Assembly: GCA_963693365.1 (NCBI GenBank)
Contig: CAVNZM010000007.1
Span: 1-64,000 of the forward strand
Source of the DNA: Amoebidium appalachense
Lineage: Eukaryota; Protista; Ichthyosporea
Direction: 5' to 3'
Length of the DNA stretch: 64,000 nucleotides
Part shown: positions 49,203-63,282 of the stretch, one piece after another
Layout of the letters: each line of letters starts with the position of its first letter
Position numbering within the stretch: the stretch's first letter is position 1
Program-made: the position numbers and the translations under genes
The notes under the pieces: model-generated
Databases searched by the model: none
Told to the model about the DNA's origin: nothing
What the model saw: the letters and a program-made list of their open reading frames with translations, nothing else

Positions 49203-51825
49203 GCGTGTGCGTGCGCGTGCTGTGCGTGCGCGTGCTGTGCGTGCGTGTGTGTGTGTGCGTGTGTGTGTGTGCATGTGTGTGTGCGTGTGTGTGCGTGTGT
49301 GTGTGTGTGTACGTGTGCGTGTGCGTGTGCATGTCTCAGGGTGTGCATGTGTGTGTGTGATTGTACGCTTGCGCATGTAGGCATGTTTGAACGTTTGTTT
49401 GTGCATGTGTGTTCGCCTGTGCGTGTTTGTGTGTATGGCTGTACATTGATATCACTTCGGCACGTGTACATGTGTGCGTGTGTGTGTGTGTGTGGTGCAC
49501 CCATGTCATGTGTGCGTGTGTGTGTGTGTGTGGTGCACCCATGTCATGTGTGCACAACCCCCCAGTGTCTGGTGAATGTCTGCTCGTGCTGACTGGACGT
49601 GTGGAGGGTTAGGGCTGGGGTGCAGTGCATCTATCAGGAGTGTAGAAAAGGGCAGGTTGGTCGGTGTGTGTGTGTGTGTGTGTGTGTGTGCGGGCGCGCG
49701 CATGTACACATGTGCGTGCCGTTTGAAACGAGAGGGGGGGGAAGGGGGGGGGATCGGGGGAGGGGGAGAGCGGTGTTGGGGCGCGCGGTGGGGGGGGGGG
49801 GGGGGGGGAGGGAAGGAGAGGGGGCATAGCAATAACGCAAAATGGTGTGGGTACTGTTTTTCAACAAAACCCTCATTTTAGTTGAAGACAAGTTAGGGTG
49901 GTGACGTGATGGCCAGGATTCGACTTAGTTTAAAACGGGGCAGTCCGGGGGGGAGGGACGGGAGGGGGGGGGGGGGGGGGAGGGAGGGCAAATTGCTAGA
50001 CGTACCACGCCTGCGGCCCAGACATCGATTGCCTTGACGTCCAGCTCGGCATATGCCTCGTCCTCCTTGCTGGTCCACAGGCAGGGGTCCATGTAAGGCA
50101 CAGTCCCCACCCTCCTCTTATACTTGCTGCCTGCTGGCCCTACCCTCTCGGCCAGGCCAAAGTCGATGATCTTGATGGTCCGCTTGTCTGGTGTTAGCAT
50201 GATGTTCTCTGGCTTGATGTCTCTGTGCGCGACACCTGCTACCTCATGCAAATAGTGTAGTCCTGCTAGCAGCTGCAGCACATAGGACCGTGCTACGTTG
50301 GGCGCACAGCCGATCTCGGGGGTTACAGCGTCAAAGAGTTCACCCCCTCCACAGAACTCCTGTGTGAACGTGCTTGTGTGAGCATTGTGACCGGACTCCC
50401 TCCTTCTGCAACAAAAACAACAACCACTCCCCACGTCATTGCAAAGTGCTGCAGCAGCATCCCCCCCTCCCCCCTCCCCCTCCCTCCAGCCCCCTCTTCT
50501 AATCTGAAATGTATAGATTTTGTATGGACTTCCTGTGCATTTTTGCATGTATCTCGGTGTTTAGATAATGCGCGCGTTATCAAATTGGTGTAGGGGGCTA
50601 AGAAATGAAATGTCTGGAAAAAAAATAAACAGCACCATCGTGTCACTCAGGAGCAGAAAGTGATTGGCACATGCTGAGGTAGCTGGGTTTTGATGCATGA
50701 TTCGTGTCTTGTGCGCAAATGAAATGATTTGCCCGTGTTATGTGTGTCTGGGATTAATGGTTTTGTTAGTGCTGTTTGGAATACCAGCTAACATTTACGA
50801 CGCCCACTGCTGCTTCTGCGCGCTAACTAGGCATTTTGGCTGAAACTCTTTGAAAAATCACTGGTTGCATGATTGTATTTGCATATATGGTTTTGCACGG
50901 CCGATAGCTTTGGTGGTTGGTGTGACCGTGTATGTGGTACCCGAAACACATAAAACACTGCCAAATTTCCCGCCACTGCGAGACATTTGATGTGGTGGGT
51001 GTCTACGCGCACAGCTGGGTGTTGGGTGGATATGCCGTGGGTGCAAATGACGACCCGCAGAGTATCACTTCACCGGCGCGCTCAAAGCCACAGAAATTTT
51101 TCCAAACACCGAGACTTCATCAACTTATACCCCTGTCCTCGAGCTGAAACATAGCACACACTCACCTGCACGAGGATGATTTCCGTGGGCCCCTCCGAGA
51201 CCTCGAGCAGCTGTGCAATGTTTGGGTGCCCCCCAACAGCAAAATGGATGTCTGCCTCGCGTGCTATCTGGTTGATGTTTCTTCCCTTCTTCTCCTGGCG
51301 CTTGATGGCGACCTTCTGGCCGGTGGCACCATGCAGGCCCAGCAGCACCACCGCACATGTGCCGTTGCTAAGTTTCTTGACCACCCGGTACTCGTCCATC
51401 AGCTGCTCGTAGTTTCTCACATGGCTCTGGTGCGCGGGACTAATCAGCGCCTCTATGGCCGTTACCTTGCCTGCCACCGCCCCACTGCTGACCGTGGGTG
51501 CGGCCTTTGTGGGTGGCGACTGTGTCTGCATGGGTGTGGGCTGCACGGGCCGTGGTGCGGGCTTCTGCGGGGCAGGGGGCTCTGTGGGCACTGTGTTAAC
51601 CTGGCCCATGGGCTCTGCCTTTGGTGCCTGCACCTTGGGCCGTATGGTGGGGCCCGGCGACGGGTTGAGGTCGATAATGTGCCGGTCTGGCCCCCCGGAC
51701 GGGGTGGGCTGTGTGTCCTTCACGCTCTTTTCAGACGGATGGCCCGTCAGCGAACTGCTGCTTTCCTCGGGGGCGGTGCTGGGGGTCTTGTCGGCACTGC
51801 CAAAACAACACGACAAACACTCCAT
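48284..51825 (-). CDS. Ser/Thr protein kinase, CAMK group, Chk1-like catalytic domain (exons 51825-51166, 50359-50006, 48745-48284)
   Basis: [89 protein letters not shown]; phase-0 GT-AG introns; N-terminus MECLSCCFG then Pro-rich. Confidence 0.9.
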
Positions 51826-54800
51826 GGTCCCTAGCCCTGCCTTCTCGTTATCCTGCCTATCTACACGCCACACCTCCAAGGCATGCTCGTGTGCTATAGC
51901 TAAAACTCTACCTGATTTCGCAAGCCTGTCTATGTGTGTGTCGTGTATGTGTGTGCCTGCCCATACGTCTACGTGGTATAACGTCGACGTCTGTGTGCAA
52001 AGTGTGGCTTCCAGGAGGGGTGGAGTGGGGCAACAGCCGGACCAAGATGCCGTCTGCTGATTCGCTGGAGCCGCATCGATGTTAGCCGAATATCTGACGT
52101 GATCTGTGAAAAAGCAGCATGGAGGGTCAAATGCGGGCATGAAAAGGCAGCTTTATTGCAGACGATGCTAAAAGCGTCTTAGAAATTGCTCTCATTCTTT
52201 TTAAGTGTATATTAGCTTTTTGCGCACATCCTACGTTTTTTTAGTAGCTAACGCATTTGACATAATTTGGCAGGCAGTTTGTTGTTGGTCTGATAGGCTC
52301 CAGGCTACCCAATTAGAAGCAGGCTAATTACTAGATAAAGCCAATCACTTACCGATTTCATATTGCTTGTTAGCAGTGCTTATCGTGTACATGACCTAGC
52401 GCCAATAGCTGAACGGATACGTAAGCCCTCGACAGTATGTTGTAATGTAGAAATCACATTCACGAAGAATTGCTTTACAGACAGCGCATATAAGTTTCTA
52501 CTAATAATACCACTTCTGTTAAAAAAAGGAATTATATATACTTTGATTATGGCCTTGAATATTTTTAACAGTCAGCCTTCAGCGTTGTCATCTGGGCCGA
52601 TCACGGAGGCTCCAATAGATCTGCAGATTTGTGCCAGGTTTAGTTTTGGCGTGGGCTCGGGGTGCTATGGTGCCTCGCCGATCAATCGGAGATGACCTTT
52701 GTACACAGATCCGCCACGGTGCGCGCCAAGTTCTGAAGACAGAACTCGTGACCGTGCCGCTTCTGCACCGAATACAGAAGGCGAGGTTGTGGTGTCTAGT
52801 GTAAGAGCTTGATGGGTGATGGTGCTTAGAATTAGAGCTTCACCACTTGTGGTAGCTTGTGTGGCCTGTCCGGCTGTGCTCAAGCATGGTTGCGGCGATG
52901 CAAGGCAGGTGTCTCGCGACAATGTCCACAATGTAGATTGCCATCATGGCGCACCTCACATTGGGATATGACCATGGCGGTGACCAAGCCGATGCCTACA
53001 TAAAAAAACCCAACTACCTGCCTTTATCGCGCCGCGGCAAGCCGGAGGATCAAACCTAGTCGTGCCTGTTTAGTTTCCGCTTCTTTGAGCAATTCGATTG
53101 TGTACACACAATTAATTGCACAGCCTTGGCTATGCACTATATGATACACTTGTGCCTCTGTTCATTGTGACACGTTCCGGGTGGCACATTGGTGCTTATG
53201 AAGGCGCATGAGGTGTATGTCAGTCTGTACCAGGTTTATCTGCTCAAGGCACCACAGGGAAGAGCTACGTGCACTCCACCAATTGTGTCTATTTAGGCAG
53301 GGGGTATCCAAGTTACACACATCTTTAGCACTCGAGCCCGAGCGAACCAATACCTACTGCATAGCTAGTTGTAGACACCTCCAAAACAGGCTTTATAGAT
53401 CTATCTTGGACTGTGATTCTTGCTTCCTTTGCAAATGAGGAAAATAAATCAAACCACTGCACCAATGATCCACATATGGTACCCAGCCATGCTTGACTGT
53501 CCATCCTTCCTGTGGGAGGTTCTGCGTGTGCCACTCTCTTTGTAATACCGCACCGCCGGTTTGTACCTTCGAAACGGCCCTCAAACGCGTCCTGAGTACA
53601 GCATCAGGCCCCCCGCCCTTCCGTACGTTGCCTTTGCACAAGCAAGTACAGCACACACCGACATGGCATCGCACAGCCTAGGCCTGATGGTGCCGGGCAC
53701 CAGGCCACGGCCCTCTGAACACAACTAGGCACATAATTCTGGAATTTCATTTTTGAGTGTTTTGATTCGTTTAGAACGCCCTAGCAACAATTTCATCCAA
53801 TTCGTATCGGAAACATTATCGTAAATTGAACTTATTTTGAGGTATTCATGATGACCTGGCAGCTATGGCATATTACTGATGGTTCAAACTCGAAGCAGGC
53901 CTGCCTATAACTAACTTTTATTCGTAGTGTTTCAAGTTTCTCGTCAGCTGGCCCGTAGACTGTGTACTTTTTTTTGTAGGCTGGCTAGCGTTGCTGTGTG
54001 GCTCTATTTTCACTCCTCAGTCACGGGTGGGTGGGCAAGGGGAAGGTGTCTTGTTCGCGCTTGAAGGCTTGGGGCATGTTCACGGACACGCACAAGCACA
54101 CAAGCGTCCGCATTTGCACAGAGAACACGCAGGTAGTCATACACTCCAGGCGCAAGCGCACAAACCTACGTACACGCACACGCACACGCACACGCACACG
54201 CACACGCACACGCATAGACACGCACACTCGCAGGGCACGCATACATACAGAAAGACCACAGATAGGCTATTCACAACCCGATTCCTGCCGGTCCCCACAC
54301 ACACGCATGCACAGACAGACATACTCGCACACACACACACACACCAGCACACCCTTGGGCTTAACGGTAATGACTGGCTTCACGTGCACACACGCGCACA
54401 CTCTCCACAACTACTCTCCACTCACATGCACAGACGTTGGCAAGCAGGCACAGGGGAGTGGGGAAGGAGGGGTGGTGGTGGTGGGGAAGGGGGGGGGGGG
54501 GGGGAGTGTGTGTGCGTATGTGTGTGTGTGTGGGGGGGGGGGGGGGGGCGTATGTGTGTGTGTGTGTGGGGGGGGCGGGGGAGGCGGGAGGGGGGGAGGG
54601 GGGAGGTGGTGGTGGTGGGTGGGTGGGGGGGGGGGAGATGGGGGAGTGGGAGGGAGGGGGGAGGGGGTGGGATGTTTGCTGATTCCTACTAGCCACCATC
54701 CCAACCAATACCATTACATGCCTACAGGCCCTTTTATCCACTCACGATCTTCGTGTGTAGCTGATGCAGCATCTTGTTTATATGTATTTGAGGGGGGGGG

Positions 54801-54982
54801 GGGGGGAGGGGGAAGGTTGGGTGCTGGAATTGGAGGGCTACGGGTGTTTGAGAAGGGATGGTGGATGGGGTGTATGTGTGTGTGTGGGTGTGGGTGGCTG
54901 TGGGGGGAGGGGGGAGAGAGGAAGCACGGCTGGGCTATCGGGGGTGTTCGGAGGGGTTAGGGAGGAGGAGCATTTTTTTTTG

Positions 54983-55015
<33 letters not shown>

Positions 55016-55198
55016 TGTGTTATCGTTGTGTCTGTGGTGGTAGGAGGTGGAATGTGTGTGTGTGTATTTGGCCGGGGGGGGGGGGGGGGAGGGGGGCAGG
55101 AGGGGGAGGGCACTCTGGAGGCGCTTTGGGCTTACGGTTGTTTTTCCTTCAGGTCTGCCTTGTCAATCATTCCTGCGCTGCACAGCTAAGACCCAAAA

Positions 55199-55526
55199 AT
55201 GGTACGCCATAACCCCCTTCTTCCCTCCTCCCCCCTCCCCTTTTAGCCTGCCCCCGAAGGCAATTTGTCGTCTCTCCCTCCCCCTTTCCCCCTATCCCCC
55301 CATCCCCAAGAAGGAAGAAACCCCCCGCCCTTTCCCCTTCCGCCGAAAACCCCCCCAATTAGTCTCTCTCTCCCTCTCTCTCCCTCCTCCCTTTCCGCCC
55401 CACTCTCTCTCTTCATCTTTATCTCCCCTTCCTTCTCTCCCTCCCTCCATATCCCCACCTTCCCCTCTCTCCGTCCCCTCCCCCCCCCCCCCCCCCCCCC
55501 TCCACTCGCTCCCTCCCTCCCTCCTT

Positions 55527-55605
<79 letters not shown>

Positions 55606-55892
55606 CCCCCTCCCTCTCTCCCTCTCCCTCTCTCCCTCTTCCTTTCCCCCACTCCCCCACTCCCCCTTCCCCCCTCCCGCTCCCCCTCCTCCCCTCCCCC
55701 CTTCCCCTCCCTTTCCTCCCCTCACCCCCCCCTTTCCCCCCTCCCCCTCTCCCCACCTCCCCCCCCCTCCCCCCCCTCCCCCCTCCCCCCTCCCTTTCCT
55801 CCCCTCACTCCCCCCCCCTCCCCTTCCCCCTCCCCTTCCTAACCTCAAGTGTGCGCCCAGCACGTGCGCACAGGCACACACACACACAGAGA

Positions 55893-55939
<47 letters not shown>

Positions 55940-56274
55940 ACACCTTTGTCTTAATTTTGCTGTGAGCTGCAAACACTAGATGTCGTTATTGGAAAACTTG
56001 GATACGGAATGGGGAGTTTTGGAAGAACAAACGGGTTGGTGTGAATTTATGTGGGGGCCACGAGCATGGTTGGTTTTTTCCGATCATGGAAGAGACCCGG
56101 GGGGAGTGGGGGGGGGAGGGGGAGGCCAGAGAACAGACTAGAGTGGTGTGAGCAGAGGTGGGCTGTGTAGTCTCCCGTGTTTTTGAAGTTCTTAAACTTT
56201 TTGTTGTTTTGTTTAAATGGTTCGTCTGTGCCTTCTTTGTGTGTACGTGGGGACTCTGAGAAGAAGGTGAATGC

Positions 56275-56346
<72 letters not shown>

Positions 56347-59300
56347 ATTTTTATTTATTTATTTTTTTTTTATTTTTTTTTTTGGGGGGGGGAGATGTAA
56401 GGCATGCTCACGTGCTTACATGGAGCACAGAGCGCCATCTTCAACTTCCAGTCCCTCCTGATCGTGCTGCTGCTGATGATCTGCACGTGCACCTACATCC
56501 ACGCTAAGATGCCGGCACTGCTGGATGGCAACAAGAAGGGGTGAGTGGGGGTGTTTTTTTTTTTTTTTTTTGAGAGAGAGGTGGGGGGGGGGGGGGTATG
56601 TGGGGATTGGGGGCAGGTTTTTTGTGGGGGGGGGAAGAGGGGGGGAGGGGGGGAGGGGGGGGGGGGGGGGGGGGCATGTGGAAAGTAGGGGTGGTGTGTT
56701 TTGTGTGAGTGTGTGTGTGAGGACGGGGGGGAAGGGGGGGGGGGGGGGAGAGGAGTTATTAGGGTGTGTGTGTAATATGATGCCTATACATGTGCATGCA
56801 TGGGTGGCTGGGTGTGTGTGTGTGTGCGAATAGGAATGTGCTAGCAGCCATATCCTGGTTGGGTGTGATTGCGGTGTGTGTGCGAATAGGAATGTGCTAG
56901 CAGCCATATCCTGGTTGGGTGTGATTGCGGTGTGTGTGCGAATAGGAATGTGCTAGCAGCCATATCCTGGTTGGGTGTGATTGCGGTGTGTGTGCGAATA
57001 GGAATGTGCTAGCAGCCATATCCTGGTTGGGTGTGATTGCGGTGTGTGTGCGAATAGGAATGTGCTAGCAGCCATATCCTGGTTGGGTGTGATTGCGGTG
57101 TGTGTGCGAATAGGAATGTGCTAGCAGCCATATCCTGGTTGGGTGTGATTGCGGTGTGTGTGCGAATAGGAATGTGCTAGCAGCCATATCCTGGTTGGGT
57201 GTGATTGCGGTGTGTGTGCGAATAGGAATGTGCTAGCAGCCATATCCTGGTTGGGTGTGATTGTGGTGTGTGTGCGAATAGGAATGTGCTAGCAGCCATA
57301 TCCTGGTTGGGTGTGATTGTGGTGTGTGTGCGAATAGGAATGTGCTAGCATGATTGTGGTGTGTGTGCGAATAGGAATGTGCTAGCAGCCATATCCTGGT
57401 TGGGTGTGATTGTGGTGTGTGTGCGAATAGGAATGTGCTAGCAGCCATATCCTGGTTGGGTGTGATTGTGGTGTGTGTGCGAATAGGAATGTGCTAGCAG
57501 CCATATCCTGGTTGGGTGTGATTGTGGTGTGTGTGCGAATAGGAATGTGCTAGCAGCCATATCCTGGTTGGGTGTGATTGTGGTGTGTGTGCGAATAGGA
57601 ATGTGCTAGCAGCCATATCCTGGTTGGGTGTGATTGTGGTGTGTGTGCGAATAGGAATGTGCTAGCAGCCATATCCTGGTTGGGTGTGATTGTGGTGTGT
57701 GTGCGAATAGGAATGTGCTAGCAGCCATATCCTGGTTGGGTGTGATTGTGGTGTGTGTGCGAATAGGAATGTGCTAGCAGCCATATCCTGGTTGGGTGTG
57801 ATTGTGGTGTGTGTGCGAATAGGAATGTGCTAGCAGCCATATCCTGGTTGGGTGTGATTGTGGTGTGTGTGCGAATAGGAATGTGCTAGCAGCCATATCC
57901 TGGTTGGGTGTGATTGTGGTGTGTGTGCGAATAGGAATGTGCTAGCAGCCATATCCTGGTTGGGTGTGATTGTGGTGTGTGTGCGAATAGGAATGTGCTA
58001 GCAGCCATATCCTGGTTGGGTGTGTGATTGCGGTGTGTGTGCGAATAGGAATGTGCTAGCAGCCATATCCTGGTTGGGTGTGATTGCGGTGTGTGTGCGA
58101 ATAGGAATGTGCTAGCAGCCATATCCTGGTTGGGTGTGATTGCGGTGTGTGTGCGAATAGGAATGTGCTAGCAGTTGGGTGTGATTGCGGTGTGTGTGCG
58201 AATAGGAATGTGCTAGCAGCCATATCCTGGTTGGGTGTGATTGCGGTGTGTGTGCGAATAGGAATGTGCTAGCAGCCATATCCTGGTTGGGTGTGATTGC
58301 GGTGTGTGTGCGAATAGGAATGTGCTAGCAGCCATATCCTGGTTGGGTGTGATTGCGGTGTGTGTGCGAATAGGAATGTGCTAGCAGCCATATCCTGGTT
58401 GGGTGTGATTGCGGTGTGTGTGCGAATAGGAATGTGCTAGCAGCCATATCCTGGTTGGGTGTGATTGTGGTGTGTGTGCGAATAGGAATGTGCTAGCAGC
58501 CATATCCTGGTTGGGTGTGATTGTGGTGTGTGTGCGAATAGGAATGTGCTAGCAGCCATATCCTGGTTGGGTGTGATTGTGGTGTGTGTGCGAATAGGAA
58601 TGTGCTAGCAGCCATATCCTGGTTGGGTGTGATTGCGGTGTGTGTGCGAATAGGAATGTGCTAGCAGCCATATCCTGGTTGGGTGTGATTGCGGTGTGTG
58701 TGCGAATAGGAATGTGCTAGCAGCCATATCCTGGTTGGGTGTGATTGCGGTGTGTGTGCGAATAGGAATGTGCTAGCAGCCATATCCTGGTTGGGTGTGA
58801 TTGCGGTGTGTGTGCGAATAGGAATGTGCTAGCAGCCATATCCTGGTTGGGTGTGATTGCGGTGTGTGTGCGAATAGGAATGTGCTAGCAGCCATATCCT
58901 GGTTGGGTGTGATTGCGGTGTGTGTGCGAATAGGAATGTGCTAGCAGCCATATCCTAGTTGGGTGTGATTGTGGTGTGTGTGCGATGGTGTGTGTGCGAA
59001 TAGGAATGTGCTAGCAGCCATATCCTGGTTGGGTGTGATTGTGGTGTGTGTGCGAATAGGAATGTGCTAGCATGATTGTGGTGTGTGTGCGAATAGGAAT
59101 GTGCTAGCAGCCATATCCTGGTTGGGTGTGATTGTGGTGTGTGTGCGAATAGGAATGTGCTAGCAGCCATATCCTGGTTGGGTGTGATTGTGGTGTGTGT
59201 GCGAATAGGAATGTGCTAGCAGCCATATCCTGGTTGGGTGTGATTGTGGTGTGTGTGCGAATAGGAATGTGCTAGCAGCCATATCCTGGTTGGGTGTGAT

Positions 59301-62300
59301 TGTGGTGTGTGTGCGAATAGGAATGTGCTAGCAGCCATATCCTGGTTGGGTGTGATTGTGGTGTGTGTGCGAATAGGAATGTGCTAGCAGCCATATCCTG
59401 GTTGGGTGTGATTGTGGTGTGTGTGCGAATAGGAATGTGCTAGCAGCCATATCCTGGTTGGGTGTGATTGTGGTGTGTGTGCGAATAGGAATGTGCTAGC
59501 AGCCATATCCTGGTTGGGTGTGATTGTGGTGTGTGTGCGAATAGGAATGTGCTAGCAGCCATATCCTGGTTGGGTGTGATTGCGGTGTGTGTGCGAATAG
59601 GAATGTGCTAGCAGCCATATCCTGGTTGGGTGTGATTGCGGTGTGTGTGCGAATAGGAATGTGCTAGCAGCCATATCCTGGTTGGGTGTGATTGCGGTGT
59701 GTGTGCGAATAGGAATGTGCTAGCAGCCATATCCTGGTTGGGTGTGATTGCGGTGTGTGTGCGAATAGGAATGTGCTAGCAGCCATATCCTGGTTGGGTG
59801 TGATTGTGGTGTGTGTGCGAATAGGAATGTGCTAGCATGATTGTGGTGTGTGTGCGAATAGGAATGTGCTAGCAGCCATATCCTGGTTGGGTGTGATTGT
59901 GGTGTGTGTGCGAATAGGAATGTGCTAGCAGCCATATCCTGGTTGGGTGTGATTGTGGTGTGTGTGCGAATAGGAATGTGCTAGCAGCCATATCCTGGTT
60001 GGGTGTGATTGTGGTGTGTGTGCGAATAGGAATGTGCTAGCAGCCATATCCTGGTTGGGTGTGATTGTGGTGTGTGTGCGAATAGGAATGTGCTAGCAGC
60101 CATATCCTGGTTGGGTGTGATTGCGGTGTGTGTGCGAATAGGAATGTGCTAGCAGCCATATCCTGGTTGGGTGTGATTGCGGTGTGTGTGCGAATAGGAA
60201 TGTGCTAGCAGCCATATCCTGGTTGGGTGTGATTGCGGTGTGTGTGCGAATAGGAATGTGCTAGCAGCCATATCCTGGTTGGGTGTGATTGCGGTGTGTG
60301 TGCGAATAGGAATGTGCTAGCAGCCATATCCTGGTTGGGTGTGATTGTGGTGTGTGTGCGAATAGGAATGTGCTAGCATGATTGTGGTGTGTGTGCGAAT
60401 AGGAATGTGCTAGCAGCCATATCCTGGTTGGGTGTGATTGTGGTGTGTGTGCGAATAGGAATGTGCTAGCAGCCATATCCTGGTTGGGTGTGATTGTGGT
60501 GTGTGTGCGAATAGGAATGTGCTAGCAGCCATATCCTGGTTGGGTGTGATTGTGGTGTGTGTGCGAATAGGAATGTGCTAGCAGCCATATCCTGGTTGGG
60601 TGTGATTGTGGTGTGTGTGCGAATAGGAATGTGCTAGCAGCCATATCCTGGTTGGGTGTGATTGTGGTGTGTGTGCGAATAGGAATGTGCTAGCAGCCAT
60701 ATCCTGGTTGGGTGTGATTGTGGTGTGTGTGCGAATAGGAATGTGCTAGCAGCCATATCCTGGTTGGGTGTGATTGTGGTGTGTGTGCGAATAGGAATGT
60801 GCTAGCAGCCATATCCTGGTTGGGTGTGATTGTGGTGTGTGTGCGAATAGGAATGTGCTAGCAGCCATATCCTGGTTGGGTGTGATTGTGGTGTGTGTGC
60901 GAATAGGAATGTGCTAGCAGCCATATCCTGGTTGGGTGTGATTGTGGTGTGTGTGCGAATAGGAATGTGCTAGCAGCCATATCCTGGTTGGGTGTGATTG
61001 TGGTGTGTGTGCGAATAGGAATGTGCTAGCAGCCATATCCTGGTTGGGTGTGATTGTGGTGTGTGTGCGAATAGGAATGTGCTAGCAGCCATATCCTGGT
61101 TGGGTGTGATTGTGGTGTGTGTGCGAATAGGAATGTGCTAGCAGCCATATCCTGGTTGGGTGTGATTGTGGTGTGTGTGCGAATAGGAATGTGCTAGCAG
61201 CCATATCCTGGTTGGGTGTGATTGCGGTGTGTGTGCGAATAGGAATGTGCTAGCAGCCATATCCTGGTTGGGTGTGATTGCGGTGTGTGTGCGAATAGGA
61301 ATGTGCTAGCAGCCATATCCTGGTTGGGTGTGATTGCGGTGTGTGTGCGAATAGGAATGTGCTAGCAGCCATATCCTGGTTGGGTGTGATTGCGGTGTGT
61401 GTGCGAATAGGAATGTGCTAGCAGCCATATCCTGGTTGGGTGTGATTGTGGTGTGTGTGCGAATAGGAATGTGCTAGCATGATTGTGGTGTGTGTGCGAA
61501 TAGGAATGTGCTAGCAGCCATATCCTGGTTGGGTGTGATTGTGGTGTGTGTGCGAATAGGAATGTGCTAGCAGCCATATCCTGGTTGGGTGTGATTGTGG
61601 TGTGTGTGCGAATAGGAATGTGCTAGCAGCCATATCCTGGTTGGGTGTGATTGTGGTGTGTGTGCGAATAGGAATGTGCTAGCAGCCATATCCTGGTTGG
61701 GTGTGATTGTGGTGTGTGTGCGAATAGGAATGTGCTAGCAGCCATATCCTGGTTGGGTGTGATTGCGGTGTGTGTGCGAATAGGAATGTGCTAGCAGCCA
61801 TATCCTGGTTGGGTGTGATTGCGGTGTGTGTGCGAATAGGAATGTGCTAGCAGCCATATCCTGGTTGGGTGTGATTGCGGTGTGTGTGCGAATAGGAATG
61901 TGCTAGCAGCCATATCCTGGTTGGGTGTGATTGCGGTGTGTGTGCGAATAGGAATGTGCTAGCAGCCATATCCTGGTTGGGTGTGATTGTGGTGTGTGTG
62001 CGAATAGGAATGTGCTAGCATGATTGTGGTGTGTGTGCGAATAGGAATGTGCTAGCAGCCATATCCTGGTTGGGTGTGATTGTGGTGTGTGTGCGAATAG
62101 GAATGTGCTAGCAGCCATATCCTGGTTGGGTGTGATTGTGGTGTGTGTGCGAATAGGAATGTGCTAGCAGCCATATCCTGGTTGGGTGTGATTGTGGTGT
62201 GTGTGCGAATAGGAATGTGCTAGCAGCCATATCCTGGTTGGGTGTGATTGTGGTGTGTGTGCGAATAGGAATGTGCTAGCAGCCATATCCTGGTTGGGTG

Positions 62301-63282
62301 TGATTGTGGTGTGTGTGCGAATAGGAATGTGCTAGCAGCCATATCCTGGTTGGGTGTGATTGTGGTGTGTGTGCGAATAGGAATGTGCTAGCAGCCATAT
62401 CCTGGTTGGGTGTGATTGTGGTGTGTGTGCGAATAGGAATGTGCTAGCAGCCATATCCTGGTTGGGTGTGATTGTGGTGTGTGTGCGAATAGGAATGTGC
62501 TAGCAGCCATATCCTGGTTGGGTGTGATTGTGGTGTGTGTGCTCAAACCAGAGAGGTTGGCAGCAGCCGAGCAGGGTAACAGGGAAAGGTGTCTCGGGCA
62601 GAAGGGGGAAGGGGGAGGGGAGACGGGGGGGCGGCGGGGGGGATATGCTTTCCGAGCTACAGTTACTGTAGATGGCTACTGGATGGAGGTGGTTTGTGGG
62701 TCTGTTATGTCTGTGGACTGGCATGCTCTCAGAGGATGATGGTTCGTATGACTATGCGTGTGGGGAGTGGGGACTGCTAACAAGTATGCCTGCAGCCTCC
62801 GAGGGACTTTCTGGAAGTTGGCAAGAATAGGTATTTACCCCCCCACCCCCCCCCCCACCCCCCCCCCCCCCCCACCACCACCACACACACACACACACGT
62901 AAAGGCACATACACGTGGCCCGCCCGCATGCCCATCCGCCCACCCTTCCCCTACACACCCACGCAATGCACATGCGAGTACGCACACCCATACACATATA
63001 CACACCCACACATGCACACACATGTGCGCGCAGGGGTGTGTGTGGTGGGGGGGGGGGGGGGGGGGGGGGGGGGGTTGTCACCCCATGCTTTCCGTGCTTT
63101 GTCTCCAACCATGTTTTCCCCTTTTTGTGCCCCTTGGCCGTTTGCCTTGCAGTGTATTATGTTGCACCCACCCATGCCCCTGCAATACGCTAACTGCCTG
63201 TGATTGCACAGGGGAGCGTCTGAGTCCCTATGTGGCCGTGTGTTGTTTTGTCATGGCCGGCGCTGTGCTCTACCAGAAGTGA
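55199..63282 (+). CDS. TMEM167: Protein kish / TMEM167, 72 aa (exons 55199-55201, 56431-56540, 62796-62830, 63212-63282)
   Basis: M|SAIFNFQSLLIVLLLMICTCTYIHAKMPALLDGNKKG|LRGTFWKLARIG|ERLSPYVAVCCFVMAGAVLYQK*; all introns GT-AG and phase-consistent. Confidence 0.96.
56815..62542. repeat. 5.7-kb tandem satellite, 56-bp unit, ~100 copies, inside kish intron 2
   Basis: gaataggaatgtgctagcagccatatcctggttgggtgtgattg[c/t]ggtgtgtgtgc; units at 56828, 56884...; a 37-bp deletion variant recurs six times. Confidence 0.98.

Noticed and set aside
52360-53700. Possible pseudogene (Thr/Ser-rich minus frame)
   Set aside because: Interrupted by stops; no domain signature or clear splice structure
56815-62542. 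CRISPR array
   Set aside because: Units are contiguous and near-identical with no unique spacers; no cas genes; eukaryotic intron
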